Assembly: GCF_030028105.1 (NCBI RefSeq)
Contig: NC_092376.1
Location: 29,310,009-29,371,404, forward strand
Length of the DNA stretch: 61,396 nucleotides
Origin: Mobula birostris
Taxonomy: Eukaryota
Direction: 5' to 3'
In this document: in pieces, positions 12,656 through 25,325 of the stretch
How the letters are laid out: every line of letters starts with the position of its first letter
Position numbering within the stretch: position 1 is the stretch's first letter
Notes under the pieces: model-generated
What the model was told of the DNA's origin: nothing
The model's input: only the letters and a program-made list of their open reading frames with translations
Databases searched by the model: none
Program-made: the position numbers and the translations under genes

Positions 12656-13639
12656 AGTGTCAAGTGCATTCAGCAAAACTCCCAACAAAGTGCATGGATC
12701 ATCCATATCTGTATAGAAGTACTTACAGGAGATGGCGTGTGGTGGGGAGAGGCTAGCACTTGGCTATAGAATAGCTGACGCTTTCTTATGCTTGTTAGAA
12801 TGGAGGAGAGGAGTTTACAAAGTCACTTCCTGTTGGATGAAGTATCAAGTGTGATACCTCAAAAGGTGATATCAATTCAGGCATAAAACTCTTAGTTAAT
12901 CATGTTCCAATTATTTATACATTGCAGGATATAGTTATTCTTTTTTGTTTAGGATTGGGCATCATTGGCCAACATTTATCTCTAAAACCTAATTTCTCGA
13001 GAAGATTTATTTTCATTTTTCCCTCTGAGTCTTTTGCCTATCACGTTTGTGCCGTATTACCAGAACATTACACTAACTACTCTTCTTTCTATTTACCCTG
13101 TCTTTATACATTGTGATTTTGTGAGTCCCTAGCAAATCTTTGTTTCTTCTTTGCTGCACTGATAAAGTGTTCTTACCTTTATAACAAGCGCCTCATACCT
13201 CGAGTAATTCTAATAAATCTTCCCTGCGCCCTCGTGAGGAAAGTCACAACCCTCTTCTTTGCCTGGTTCTTGAGTTGGCATCAGGCTCATCTCATCTACA
13301 TGTTTTTAACAGCAGATGGCAGAGTAGAGCAGAGTTTGCAGAATCCAAAAACATTACTTTCTACAAAAATATGAAATATTTTAATCTCCAATTCTGTTGT
13401 GTTTCTTTAGCTGAACACTTAAAATCTAGTTGCCAAAAACATCTTTAGTTTTATCTGCTATACCTTAATTTTGTCTCCATTCTATTTATTAGAAAGATAA
13501 AGATTTATGCAGTTCGCTGTGTTTGTTTTGTATTCCTCATGTAAAACATTTGCTACAGTTCTCCAAAACAATTGAATATCATCATTTTATTTATTGCTAC
13601 TATCACAATGACACCGACACCACTCATTATATCAAGCAC

Positions 13640-13885
13640 CATTACCTAGATTACTACCATCAGGGAGGAAGTGCAGGAGCCTGAAGATGCACAGTCAGCA
13701 GTTTAAGAACAGCGTCTACCCCTCCACCATCAGATTTCTGAATGGTTCATGAGCTCATAAACACTACTTCACTATTTTAATCTCTTTTACAGTATTTATT
13801 TATTTTTTTATGTTTTCTTATTGTAATTTATAATATTTTTATGTCTTACACTGCACTGCTGTTGCAAAACACCAATTTTCACAAC
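13640..13885 (+). mobile_element. Rex1/Babar-type LINE 3' fragment
   Basis: LLPSGRKCRSLKMHSQQFKNSVYPSTIRFLN motif followed by an AT-rich 3' UTR. Confidence 0.7.
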
Positions 13886-13887
13886 AA

Positions 13888-14142
13888 ACATTTAGTGGCC
13901 ACTTTATTAGGTACAGGAGGAATGTTGTGTGTAAAAACCCCAGGGAATCAGCAGTTTCTGAGATACTCAAACCACCTTGTCCGGCACCAACAATCATTCC
14001 ATGGACAAAGTCATTTAGATCACATTTTTTCCCCATTCTGATGTTTGGTCTGAACCTCTTGACCATGTCTGCATGCTTTTATACACTGAGTTGCTGCCAC
14101 ATAATTTGCTGATTAGATATTAGATATTTACATTAATGAACA
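13888..14142 (-). mobile_element. Tc1-family non-autonomous element fragment
   Basis: TIR-like AGTGGCCACTTTATTAGGTACA. ORF reads MGKKCDLNDFVHGMIVGAGQGGLSISETAD (Tc1 paired-like HTH). Confidence 0.85.
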
Positions 14143-15429
14143 AGTCACTCATCCGGCTGCTGGTCAAGTGCTGGCAGCTGCTGTTAGTTGGCACTGAAGT
14201 ATATATCAATGCTCTGAAACTCCTGGTGTCTCCCAGAGATTACTACAGAAAGTGCTTCGCAGTCCATTCCAAGTCCTTCTCTCAGATTGCTTTCTAATGC
14301 ACCACAGTCCTTTTACCAGAAGAAATGTAGCCAGATTTTTCCTCCATTTTGTACATTATTTCATTTACCATTGCAGACCTCTTCAAATACCAATCAGGTT
14401 CTATAATTCTTCTTGGCCTTTCAGTGAAATATAGCTAGCCACTCCTATTACCAGCCTATTTCTCCACCACTTCCACTAGCGCTGATATAGTCACCCTCTA
14501 TTAAACGACGTATTCTCCTTGAGTTGGAGTTAAATTACATTGGTAGAAAAGCAAAGGAGATTCATTTTGCAAACCAACTTATCCGCTGTCTGGCTTGTGA
14601 TAGCAAGCCCTGATATTGAAAATAGAAATAAACCATCGTTCTCTTCATATCTTCAGCTTATTGATAAGGACAAGAATCAAACGAGAAAGAAAAACTTGTT
14701 CAGCAGAAGTTTGCATTGATGTAATTGAAAGTTATATGTGATTTAGCACTTCATGTTCTATCTGCTGAAGTTCAGGATCCCTATAGAGCTCCAGCTGCAC
14801 TCTAGCCTGCCTAACTCTTCTGAAAATCTCCATTGATGCTGATAGAACATTTTCTGTGGTTTGACGTTAATACCTTCTTCCTGTAATATCTCAGATTTGT
14901 CTTGATGGCATCTCAAATGCTGAAACTTCTTTGTGCTTCAAGCAATACGAGGTCAAACTGTTGAGACTTGAATGAACCTGATCATGGTCATAATGTTAAT
15001 TTTCTTATGAGGGGAAGTCTATGTTCCGGGTGGCTGACTTTTTGCTTGCCGTGTACTATTATAACGTGCTTTACTTCTTGTCCTCAGTGTTTTATGAAAG
15101 AGTTAATTAGTTGTTCCCGCAGGCTCTTGTTTCAGACTTTTATAATTAGCTACTTATTGACGGCAACAAAGCTCCTGCCTTAAAGCTATTTTAGCTGACT
15201 TTGCAACTTATTGTATTCTGTTTTGATCTGTCGATATGTGATTGCTTAAGTCTATATTAGAGCGAAGATGCTAAATGTCAGCATACCTCTCAGGATATCC
15301 CCAGCTAGTTTTTGTAGCAAATTCTATATGATAAAGTAACTCTTGCCATTTAACTGAAGTTTTTTTAAACTGTTTTATGGAAGCAGTTATGTTGGCCAGG
15401 AAGTCATCTTTAGTTAGTGTTTCAAGACA

Positions 15430-15875
15430 CCAGTGCTGTCTTTGTAAGATCTTGCCTTGGCAGGGTAAGTGAACCATCACTGGTGCTCTTTCCCAGAGAA
15501 ATACTCTCAAAACTAAGGCTCTAATACAACTAATTCTGGTAGGGAAAGCACATCATTCATCTGCCCAGCACCAGACTCCTGAAGCAGATGTTTGAGATCT
15601 GCCAAGCCAAGAGACTACCAGGTGGACAAAAGAAATGACATAAGGTCATCCTCAAAGCCTCTTGAAAAAATGCAACATTCTCACCAACTCATGGGAAGAG
15701 TTGAAATAAGATATAAGATGAAATAAGAATCTTATGTTTCTTTGTTGGGAACATTCTTGGCATCACTTTCCATACTAACTATCCACACCCTGACAAGCAC
15801 CACCTGATCTACCGGAGCCTATGGATTTTACTTACAATGGTTCAAGCACTGCAGAACCAACAGAATGGAGAGTGA
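15430..15875 (+). mobile_element. RTE (BovB-like) LINE 3' fragment
   Basis: Degenerate H.I.LPSTRLLKQ...RLPGGQKK..KVILKAS.KKCNI motif. Similar to 57322-57680. Confidence 0.65.
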
Positions 15876-15879
15876 GTTC

Positions 15880-16580
15880 AAATACGGAAGGAGGAAAAGG
15901 ACTTGAGAAGTCCTTGTGCAGGATTTCCAAAAGGTTAACTTGCAGATTGAATTGATAGCAAGGAAAGCAAATACAATGATAGCATTCATTTCGAGAGGAC
16001 TAGAATATAAAAGCAAGGATGTAATGCTGAGACTTTATAAGATATTAGTCAGATTGCACTAGGAGCATTGTGAGCAATTTTGCGCCCCTTATATAAGAAA
16101 GAATGTGCTGGCATTGGAGAGTGTCAAGAGGAGATTCACTTGAGTGATCCTGGGAATGAAAGGGATAATGCTTGAGGAGGGTTTCATGGCTCTAGATCAA
16201 TACTTGCTGGAGTTTAGAAGAATGGGGGAGGAGGGGCGGATCGCACTGAAACCTACTGAATATTGAAAGATCTGGATAGAGTGGATGTCAAGAGAATGTT
16301 TCCAATAGTGCGGGGGTCTAGGACCAGAGGATGCAGTCTCAGAATACCCTTTAGAACAGAAATAAGGCAGAATTTCTTTAGTAGGAGGGTGGTGAATCCG
16401 TGGAATTAATTGCTGCTATGGAGGCCAAGCCATTGGGTATATTTAAAGCAGAGGTTGATAGGTTCTGGATTAGTCAGGACATCAAAGGTTACAGGTAGAA
16501 GGCAGGAGAATGGAGGGAAAATAAATCAACCATGATTAAGTGTGCTGAATGGCCTGATTCTGCTCTTCTGTCTTCCACTC
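15880..16580 (+). mobile_element. CR1 LINE 3' fragment
   Basis: Paralogous to 10090-10840 (LAFISRGLEYKSKDVMLRLYK and the 3' UTR). Confidence 0.88.
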
Positions 16581-18013
16581 TTAAGTAACTCATCTTCGAC
16601 TCCAAATGACTGCATGAAAACAAAGTGTCTAAGTGATACAAGATCTTCAAAGGAACCTTGAACACACTGAAATCTATTCCAACTTCTTCACCTCAACAAT
16701 GTGATAAAAGAGCAGAACACCTTGGTATCGGTCTGAAATCTTACTCCAGATTATGTGCTTAAGTCCTGGTGATGCTACCAGGTTGAGTTTATGGAACAAA
16801 TTTCTGCACCGGCAGAGACCACGTTGTGGTAAGTTGCAGACAGGCTATTGTGATTTAAAAGTGGTGTGTTATTTTTGGTGCTCTATGATTGTTAATTGCT
16901 TAGTGTACCAGCAGCCTTGGATGTTACTGATCCATGTGCTCCATGGTTCATGAAAGATGGTGCAACATCTGAGCCAGAAGCCAAACTGTGGAGGAGTGAG
17001 CAAAGGCGGAGTTGGAGAAGTAAGGGTTAAAGGCACAGAAGGAGGTGATCAGAAGATCAGCGGCTGGGATTGGTGGAGCGCAGCCGGCAGCATTCTGAAG
17101 ACTAGGGACAGATGTGGTAGGGAACAGAGGTCAAGAAGCAACAAGGAGACTGGAGCCTCCATTGGGAGAAATAGTTCTATGATGAGAAAAATCACTATTT
17201 TAAAAATATGTAGCTAAGGATTAGAAACATCATGGTCACATTTCTCCAAAGAGCTCAAATATATCTCATTGTACTCATAGCAATAATGCTTCCCAACTTC
17301 CTAAATTACTTTTGGAGTTGCTAAAAGTGCCTTGGAGATGCATGGAGAAATTAGCATGCTCTTGATCATATGTTTTTATGCAAAATGACAGAATTATTAT
17401 TTTCCTGTGTGCTAACTAATGACTATTCTGGATTATACTGCTTTAAACTGGTGAAGTTTGTTTAATCAGTAATGTATCGTGACTTTGTAAGAGAATAAGT
17501 TTGCCTATAACCTTTAACAGGTAAATTCAAGTGTGCACTCTAAGTTTCATTATTTATTGGAGATTTATATTTAATACTTGGTTTGCATAAATATAGCTTA
17601 GTATATTTGTTATACAAGTCTTCAGTGACTGTTTGCATACTGGTAAACTTTGAAGTTGAAATTATTAATGACAAAGGAAAGATTTGTTTCAAAGTATATT
17701 TAAAATTAACCATGTTCTCCCAAACATCTATCTATCAATGCTGCCTAAGTGCCTGAAATAATTGTTCTGCCTATCTTCAAATCAAGTTTCCAGATAACCT
17801 TCAGCATGTTGATTTAATTAATAGTCGTTGTAGAATTTCTGATTTGAATATAATTGACAATGCAGGTGTAAATTATATTTAAAACTGCCTTCATTTGCAA
17901 GGTTCAATTTTTGGTTCAGGTTTTGACTCATTTATATTACCTAACATCCTTCATAAACCAATGCAATCAGGTAGTATTTCACTGTTATGTTTTCCTGTGC
18001 ATTACAAATAATA

Positions 18014-18262
18014 CCTTCTTCCTCCTCTTCCCTTCTTCTTCTTATTCTTCTTCCTCTTCAAGAATGACCTTCTTCTTCTTCCACTTCTTCCTCTTCTTGT
18101 TCTTCCTCTTCAACCTTTTCTTCTTCCTTTACTTCTACTTCTTCTTCTTCTTCGCCCTCTTCCTCTTCTTTCTCCTCCTTCTTCTTCCTCCTCCTCTTCT
18201 TCTTTTTCTCTTCTTCCTTTTCTTCTTCTGCTTCTTTCTCTTCCCTTTCTTCTTTTTTCCTA
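18014..18262. repeat. Degenerate (CTT/CCT)n polypyrimidine microsatellite
   Basis: About 250 bp of almost pure C/T on the + strand. It generates the poly-F and poly-E/K ORFs. Confidence 0.95.
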
Positions 18263-18339
18263 TGGAATTGAGTATAATTTATCTTCACTCCAATTGTGTG
18301 TATTCTGAGATGGCTATTGAGGCCAACACAAATTCTTTC

Positions 18340-18780
18340 ATAGGTTAAGTGGATAGTTTGTGAGACAGTGCACTCTTTCCAACTGCTTATGCATGGTTTC
18401 TGTGTAATCCCAATGCATGCCCTCAAAATTCTTAATGCTATCCCAAATGGTCCATAGTGGGAGACTCGCAGATGTCAGTGCAGATGTTGCATTTCCCTCA
18501 GGAATCTTTGAATACATCCTTGAAGGTTTTTCTCTGGACATCTGGTAATCTCCTCTCACTATACAGTTTGGAATAGAATAAATGCAAGAAATTCTGCAGC
18601 TGCTGGAAATCCACAGCTAACAAGCACAAAATGCTGGAGAAACTCAAACAGGTCAAGCAACATCTGTGGAGAGGAATAAACAGTCGACTTTCAGAGGACT
18701 GCAATAGAATATCTACTTTGGGAATTTGGTGTTAGATATGTGAATGATGCAGCCAGTCCAATGTAACTGACTGAGACTAG
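18340..18780 (-). mobile_element. RTE LINE fragment interrupted by a Penelope terminal repeat (about 18585-18700)
   Basis: Minus-strand LYSERRLPDVQRKTFKDVFKDS.RKCNI, with an inserted TGCTGGAGAAACTCAAACAGGTCAAGCAACATC block. Confidence 0.65.
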
Positions 18781-19014
18781 CAAGATATTATCAATTTGAG
18801 AGGATGGCCTTAGAATCAGTACCAGAAAGACCAAATTCCTCTAAAAAGCTGTCTCTGCTGCACCACTCAAGACCCTGACAATGAAAATTCATGGTAATAT
18901 CCTGGAAAATGTGGACCACTTAGAGGTGATATCTCAGCAAAGGCTTTGACGGTGAAATTCACCACCACCTTCAGTAAGCCTGCACAGTCTTTGGTTACTT
19001 GTGGAGTCCTGGAA

Positions 19015-20310
19015 CATAGGACAGTGAAGATGCATATATCAAGATGCTCTTCATTGACTACAGTTCTGCATTCAATACTATCATCCCCTCAAAACTCATC
19101 AATAAGCTTCAAGACCTTAGCCTCAATACCTCCTTGTGCATCTGGATCCTCAATTTCCTCACTGGCAGACCCCACTCAGTTTGGATTGGCAACAACATCT
19201 CCTCCACAATCTCCATCAAGATAGGTGCATAACAAGACTGTGTGCTTAGCCCCTGTTTTTCTTGCTTTATACTTATGATTACAAGGCTAAACACAGTTCC
19301 AATGCTGTATTTAAGTTTGCTGACAACACCGCTGTCGTTGGCCGAATCAAAGATGGTGACAAGTCAACATATAGGAGGGAAATTGAAAATCTGGCTGTGG
19401 TGCCATAACAAGAACCTTTCAATGTCAGTAAGATCAAGGAGCTGATTAGTGACTTTAGGAGGAGGAAACTGGAGGTCCATGAGCTAGTCCTCATCGGGGG
19501 ATCAGGTGGAGAGGGTCAGCAACTTTAAATTCCTCCATGTTATCATTTCAGAGGATCTATACCGGATGCAGAACATAAGTGTCATTACAAATAAGTATGG
19601 CAGTGCCTCTACTTTCTCAGAAGTTTGTGGAGATTTGTCATGACATCTAAAACTTTCACAGACTTCTATAGGTGTGCGGTAGAGAGTAAATGGATGGTTG
19701 CATCATAGCCTGCTACGGAAAAAAACAATCCCCTTGAACAGAAAAGCTTACAAAATTCAGTGGATACAGCCCAATCCATCATATGTAAAGCCCCCCTCAC
19801 CATTGAGCACATCTGCATGGAGTGCTGTTGCAGGAAAACAGCATCCATCACGGATCCCCACCATTCAGGTCATGCTCTCTCCCTACCGCTCCACTGGGAA
19901 GAAGGTGCAGGAGCCTCAGCACCCACAACACCGGGTTCAGGAAAAGTTACTTCCCCACAGCAATCAGCTCTTTAAAAAGAGGGGATAGCTTCACTTGCTC
20001 CATCACTGAACAGTTCCCATAACCTATGAATTCACTTTCAAGGACGCTACAACTCATTTTCTAAAGATTTATTGCTTATTTATTTATTTTAATAATCTGT
20101 GTTTCTTTTCCTTCTTTTGTATTTACAGTTTGTTGTCTTTTACACATTGGTTGTTGTCTGTCCCATTTGGGGGGTCGGGGTGGTCTTTCATTGATTCTAT
20201 CGCGTTTCTTGTATCTACTATGAATGCCCACAAGAAAATGAATCCCAGGGTGGTATATGGTGACATATATGTACCTTGATAACAAATTTACTTTAGACTT
20301 TGAACTTCAA
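19015..20310 (+). mobile_element. Rex1/Babar-type LINE, 5'-truncated and frameshifted
   Basis: [32 protein letters not shown] and KFADNT, plus the C-terminal motif. Tail AAATTTACTTTAGACTTTGAACTT. Confidence 0.92.
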
Positions 20311-20532
20311 AAATTTGAAATGTTTGTATTTGAAGTTCAAATCCTCGACCTGGGAACTGTTCAAACACATACTTGATTCCCATGTTTTTCCAGCAATTGT
20401 TGAAATACTTGTTATACCATGATACTGGATTGGCTTTCAATGTTCCCTTTTAACTGCCTCTCCCAGTCAAGTATTTTCAAAATGGGGAAATTATTTCTAT
20501 ATATTGTGAAGACCATCATCTATATACTTCAA

Positions 20533-20855
20533 TGGCAGTACAGTAGCATAGCTGTTAGTGCAATGCCTTATGCATGCCAGCTGTAAGATTGGGATTCGAT
20601 TCCTGCCACTGCCTGTAAGGAGTTTGTACAATCTCCCCATGTCCATGTGGGTTTCCTCCAGATGCTACCATTTCCTCCCACATTCCAAAGATGTACCGAT
20701 TGGGGTTAGTATGTTGCAGGCGTTTTATGTTCACACAGAAGCGTGGCGACACTTCTGGGGTGCCCAGCTCTATCCTCACTAAATTAATTTAAGGCAGTGA
20801 ATGCATTTTACTGTCTGCCTTGATGTTTCAACGTAATGTGACAAATGAAGCTTAT
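20533..20855 (+). mobile_element. HE1/V-type tRNA-derived SINE
   Basis: B-box-like GATTCGATTCC, core GGAGTTTGTAC..TCTCCCC..GTGGGTTTCCTCC..TTTCCTCCCACATTCCAAAGA, and tail TGTGACAAATGAAGCT. Confidence 0.8.
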
Positions 20856-21369
20856 ATAAAAAAATAGATGCCCAAAGTGAGGTAAAAATATCTTTGTTTC
20901 TACATTATATCATTAGTGAAGCCTGGATTGATCTGTGTTGTTATGTTGGGCCATTACCAATGCTTTTTTGTGTGCTACTGTGGTTTATTATTTCTTGATC
21001 ATTATGAGATGCATGAGCACAGTGTGCAGCCATGCCGATGACCTAGAACAAGACACCATGTCCCTAACACAACGGACAATCCAATGAGTTTGTAAGAGCT
21101 CGGATTGTAGCGGTGCAAGGGGGCAGGAAGTAAATTGTAATTTTGGAAGAGGAGCAATCCAGATGGCCTCATTACTGCCGTCAGTGATTTATTGTGATGT
21201 GGGAAAGGTAGCAAAGTGATGAGATCAGGCAGAAATCTTATGCTTCATTTGGTCCTGGTAAACACTATAACATCATGCAGCAGTTTCTTATATGATATAG
21301 ATCTAGGGAGTATCTCCATTTCAGTACAGACGGAGTCAGATATCTGGCACAGTGATGCAGAGATGAATG

Positions 21370-21890
21370 GAAAAGCCTACAAAATATAGTTGATACAGCC
21401 CAGTCCATCATGCTTAAAGCCCTCCCCACTATTGAGCACATCTACAAGCAGGGCTGTTACAGGAAAGCAGCATCCATCATCAAAGACCCCCACCAAGCTT
21501 CCTTCTTGTGCTACCATCAGGTAGGAGGTACAGGAGCCTCAGGACCCACACTACCAGGTTCAGGAGCAGTTATTGCCCCTCAACCAGAGGGAATAACTTC
21601 ACAAACCCCAACACTGAACTGGTCCCACAACCTATGGACTCACTTTCAAGGACTCTTCATCTCACCTTCTCGATATTTATTGCTTATTTATTAGAATTAT
21701 TTTATTCTCTTCTTGTTGTATCTGCACAGTTTGTTGCATGGGTTGTTTGCTCTTCTTGTTGTGTGTGGTCTTTCACTGATCTTTTGGTATTTCTTTGTAG
21801 TTACTGTGAATGCCCACGAGAAAATGAATCTCAAGGTTGTATATGGTGACATACACGTACTTTGACAATAAATTTACTTTGAGCTTTGAG
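21370..21890 (+). mobile_element. Rex1/Babar-type LINE 3' end
   Basis: LPTIEHIY..RKAASIIKDPH and LPSGRRYRSLRTHTTRFRSSY. Tail AATAAATTTACTTTGAGCTTTGAG. Confidence 0.88.
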
Positions 21891-22540
21891 CTGGTAGGGC
21901 TGTTGCCTCACGCACCATGGACCTGGGTTCAATCCCGACTTCCAGTACCGTCCATGTGGTGTTTGCATTCCCCCTGTTGCCTTATGGGTGGCCTCTTGCT
22001 TCCTCCCACATCACAAAGACGTGTGGGGTGGTAGGTTAGTTAGCCACTGTAAATGATCTCTCGTGTGTAGGTGAGTGGTAGAAATTGGGGAGCAGGGTGG
22101 AGTTGAGGAGTGTAAAATATGGGGTTAATGTTGAGTTAATATAAATGTGTAGTTGATGGTCATTGTGGGCTCAATGGGCTGAATTTGTGTCACTCTGTGA
22201 CTCTTTGGGCAGCATGGTAGCCTAGCGGCTGGAGTAATGCTTTACAATGTTAGCGATGGGGGTTCAATTCCCACTGCTATCTGTGAGGGGCTTGTGGATT
22301 CTCACTGTGACCACATGAACTTCCTCTGGGTGCTCCAGTTTCATTGCATGTTCAATGACGTGTGGGTTAGTGACGGTTAGTAAGTTGTGGGAGTGCTACG
22401 TTGGCGTCAGAAGCATGGCGACACTTACGGGCTGCCCAGAGCACAATCTCAGACTACGTCAGTTGTTGAAGCAAGCAACATATTTCACCGTATATTCCTA
22501 TGTTTTGATGCTCCGATGTACATGTGACAAATAATGCTAA
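21891..22540 (+). mobile_element. Two adjacent HE1/V-type SINEs (about 21891-22200 and 22207-22540)
   Basis: Each has a GGTTCAATCCC/GGTTCAATTCC B box and the same core as the 20533 copy. Confidence 0.75.
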
Positions 22541-22624
22541 CCTACCCGAATCTCTCTTACACTTGAAGGCAGTGTTAATCTTAACTCTACAGTACATTTC
22601 ATGCTACGTGGTCCAGTTTTGTAG

Positions 22625-23160
22625 ATCAAAGCTCAAAGTAAATTTATTATCAAAGTACATCTCCAGGTATGTCACCATATACAATCATGAGGCTCATTTT
22701 CTTGCAGGCATACTCAATAAATCCATAGTAGTATAATAACCAGAGGAGAATCAGTGAAAGACTGCACCAGCGTGGGTGTTCTACCAGAGTGCGAAAGACA
22801 ACAAACAGCACAAATACAAAATGAAAATAATAATAATAATAAATAAATAAGCAATAAATATTAAGAACATGAGATGAAGAGTCCTTGAAAGTGAGTTTAT
22901 GGGTTGTGGGAACGTTTCAATGATAAGGCAAGTGAAGTTAGAGGAAGAGAGCATGACCTGGGTGGTGGAATCCCTTATGATGGATGCTGCTTTCCTGTGA
23001 CAACGCTTCCTGTAGATGTTTTAAGTGGTGGGGAGGGCTTTATCCATGAGGGACCAGGTTGTCTCCACTACTTTTTGCAGGATTTTCCATTCTGGGGCAT
23101 TGGTGTTTCCGTACCAGGCTGTGATGCAGCCAGTCAACATACTCTGTACTACACGTCCAG
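22625..23160 (-). mobile_element. Rex1/Babar-type LINE 3' end
   Basis: Reverse complement of the family at 19640-20310. Confidence 0.85.
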
Positions 23161-23344
23161 AGAAGTTCATTCCTTCCAAACTTTCTAGCACAATCTATCT
23201 CTCCAGTATCACTGCTCTTCCCCTTACCCCGTCCACTGATCTGCTCAATCCTCTGTTCATATCTTGCTGTTTTATTGAAATCTTCTGAGTACTAAAATTA
23301 CAGTTGGATACTTGTGACTTTGTAGTTGAATTAGGCCCTACAAT

Positions 23345-23825
23345 GTAGGAATGCAATTAGGCCATTCAGCCCATTGAGTCTTCTTGTTATTCCATCATGG
23401 TTGATTTATTATTCCTCACAACTCCGCTCTCCTACCTTCTCCCTATAGCCTTTGATGCTCTTACTAATCAAGGACCTATCAAACTTTGCGTTAAGAACAC
23501 CCAATAGCTTGACCTCCACAATCTGTGGCAATGAGTTCCACAGATTCACAACCCCCTGGCTAAAGAAATTCTTCCTCATCTCTGTTCTAAAGGGATGTCC
23601 TTCTGTTCTGACACTATGCCCTCTAGTCCTGGACTCACCTACTAAAGGAAACATCCTCTCCATATCCACCCTATCTAGTCCTTTCAATATTCAATAGGTT
23701 TCACTGAGATTCTAAACTCCAGTGAGTACAGGGTCAGAGTAATCAAACACTCCTCATATGTAACCCTCTCATTTCCAGAATTGTTCTTGTGAACCTTCTC
23801 TGGACCCTCTCCAATGCCAGCACAT
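23345..23825 (-). mobile_element. CR1 LINE 3' fragment
   Basis: ORF 23409..23687 reads KGLDRVDMERMFPLVGESRTRGHS...RKNFFSQGVVNLWNSLP. Confidence 0.9.
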
Positions 23826-24626
23826 AAAGTTGCTTTTGATTTCAAATGAACATCCACAACATGTTCTGCTGACAAATGAACTGAAAAGGAAAACAGGAGC
23901 AAGATTAAAAAAAAAATCAACAACACAAGACGGTAGCAAAATGGCAATAAGTCCACCATTTAATGCTAGGCAAATTGCTTTATACTGCGAAAGAAGAAAT
24001 GCACATTACTTCCTGGTCCTGACTCTTAAAAAGATCTATTTTTCCATCTAACAAAGTCAGATTCACATAACTGAGGGCGAGAGATTTTCAGTCAGGAACT
24101 CTGTTCCCTCACTCAGGATGAAGAGGACTATAATAAACAAGATGCCCTTACTACCTTAAATATAAAAGTCATTGGTTAGCTACTGGGCTTAGCCAGATAC
24201 TTAAATGTGATCACTCTTTGGAGGGTTACTTTAGATAGAGTAATATCATGCAGGTACATTATTGGAAGTCCATAATGTGCCAAAGGATTCCCGAGAAGCC
24301 TGAGATCATACTGAGACATTTTATTCATACCAAGGATTGTGGTGGTAGTCAGTACGTTATTCCACTGCACCTTTAAATGACTAATAGTCCCTGCTCAAAC
24401 AACAGCCACCTAATTTCCTACTGTGGGAGGGTGGGGAGCTGTGTATTGCTAGCACAGTTAAAGTACTCCACAGTAATTTTCATCGTAATCCTAATGCAAT
24501 GCCCTTTGCTGATTTGTTAAGGTATGACCTGGCAGAAAAATAATTACATTCGGCATGCTTAGCAGCTAATTACTAAATATTTACTGGAATATAGCTTATG
24601 GATCAAGGCTAATATTACAAGTTTGC

Positions 24627-24802
24627 GTGGGCACGTGGCCAAGTGGTTAAGGCATTGGACTAGCGACCTGAAGGTTGTGAGTTCGAGCCCCAGCCTAGGG
24701 AACGTGTTGTGTCCTTGAGCAAGGCACTTAATCACACATTGCTCTGCGACGACACTGGTGCCAAGCTGTATGGGTCCTAATGCCCTTCCCTTGGACAACA
24801 TC
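24627..24802 (+). mobile_element. Young tRNA-derived SINE with a CORE-like segment, 3'-truncated
   Basis: A box TGGCCAAGTGG and B box GAGTTCGAGCC, then TGTGTCCTTGAGCAAGGCACTTAA (resembles the CORE block TGTGACCTTGGGCAAGTCACTTAA). CpGs are retained. Confidence 0.8.
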
Positions 24803-24827
24803 AGTTTTCCAGTAAATTATTTATTAT

Positions 24828-24986
24828 TTATTTAATATTAAAAGTTTATAGATAGCTGTTGAAAGAAAATCATCTACACTTTATTTAATATTAAAAGTTT
24901 ATAGATAGCTGTTGAAAGATAATCATCTACACTTTATTTAATATTAAAAGTTTATAGATAGCTGTTGAAAGATAATCATCTACACT
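24828..24986. repeat. Tandem repeat, 3 x 53 bp
   Basis: TTATTTAATATTAAAAGTTTATAGATAGCTGTTGAAAGA(A/T)AATCATCTACACT starts at 24828, 24881 and 24934, with one mismatch. Confidence 0.97.
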
Positions 24987-25206
24987 GTAAACAGTTTCTG
25001 AGCCAAATGTCAAGAGATGTCGTCTGTGTGAAGCGGCTACCCAAGAAAGAAAAAGCATCTGGGAAATTAATTTATTATTGATACATAGGCAGGCATTTTA
25101 TCCCAACCAGCAAATAATTCTTTTGAACATCACCACTACAGGTATCTTACTGAGTCCCATGAATCCACAGTTGAACTGCCAAGAAAACCAGTAAAATGCT
25201 CCTATC

Positions 25207-25325
25207 AACGCACACAAAATGCTGGAGGAATTCAGCAGGTCAGGCAGCATCTATGGAAAACAGTAAGCAGTTGACATTTCAGGCCGAGACCCTTCTTCAG
25301 GACTGAGAAGGAACGGGGGAGATGC
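25207..25325 (-). mobile_element. Solo Penelope-derived terminal repeat with hammerhead-like motif
   Basis: Minus strand reads CAGTCCTGAAGAAGGGTCTCGGCCTGAAATGTCAACTG...ATAGATGCTGCCTGACCTGCTGAATTCCTCCAGC. Confidence 0.8.

Noticed and set aside
16750-16828. Candidate exon (CCAG ... G|GTAAGT) with one open frame
   Set aside because: Weak pyrimidine tract and no recognisable protein. Such signals are expected by chance in 61 kb.
17911-18426. 145 aa Phe-rich and 122 aa Glu/Lys-rich ORFs
   Set aside because: They are translations of the CTT microsatellite.
24627-24705. Possible tRNA gene
   Set aside because: It runs directly into a CORE-like SINE body and has no poly-T terminator after the tRNA-like part.
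24828-24986. CRISPR-like array
   Set aside because: The repeats are contiguous with no spacers, there are no cas genes, and the context is eukaryotic.
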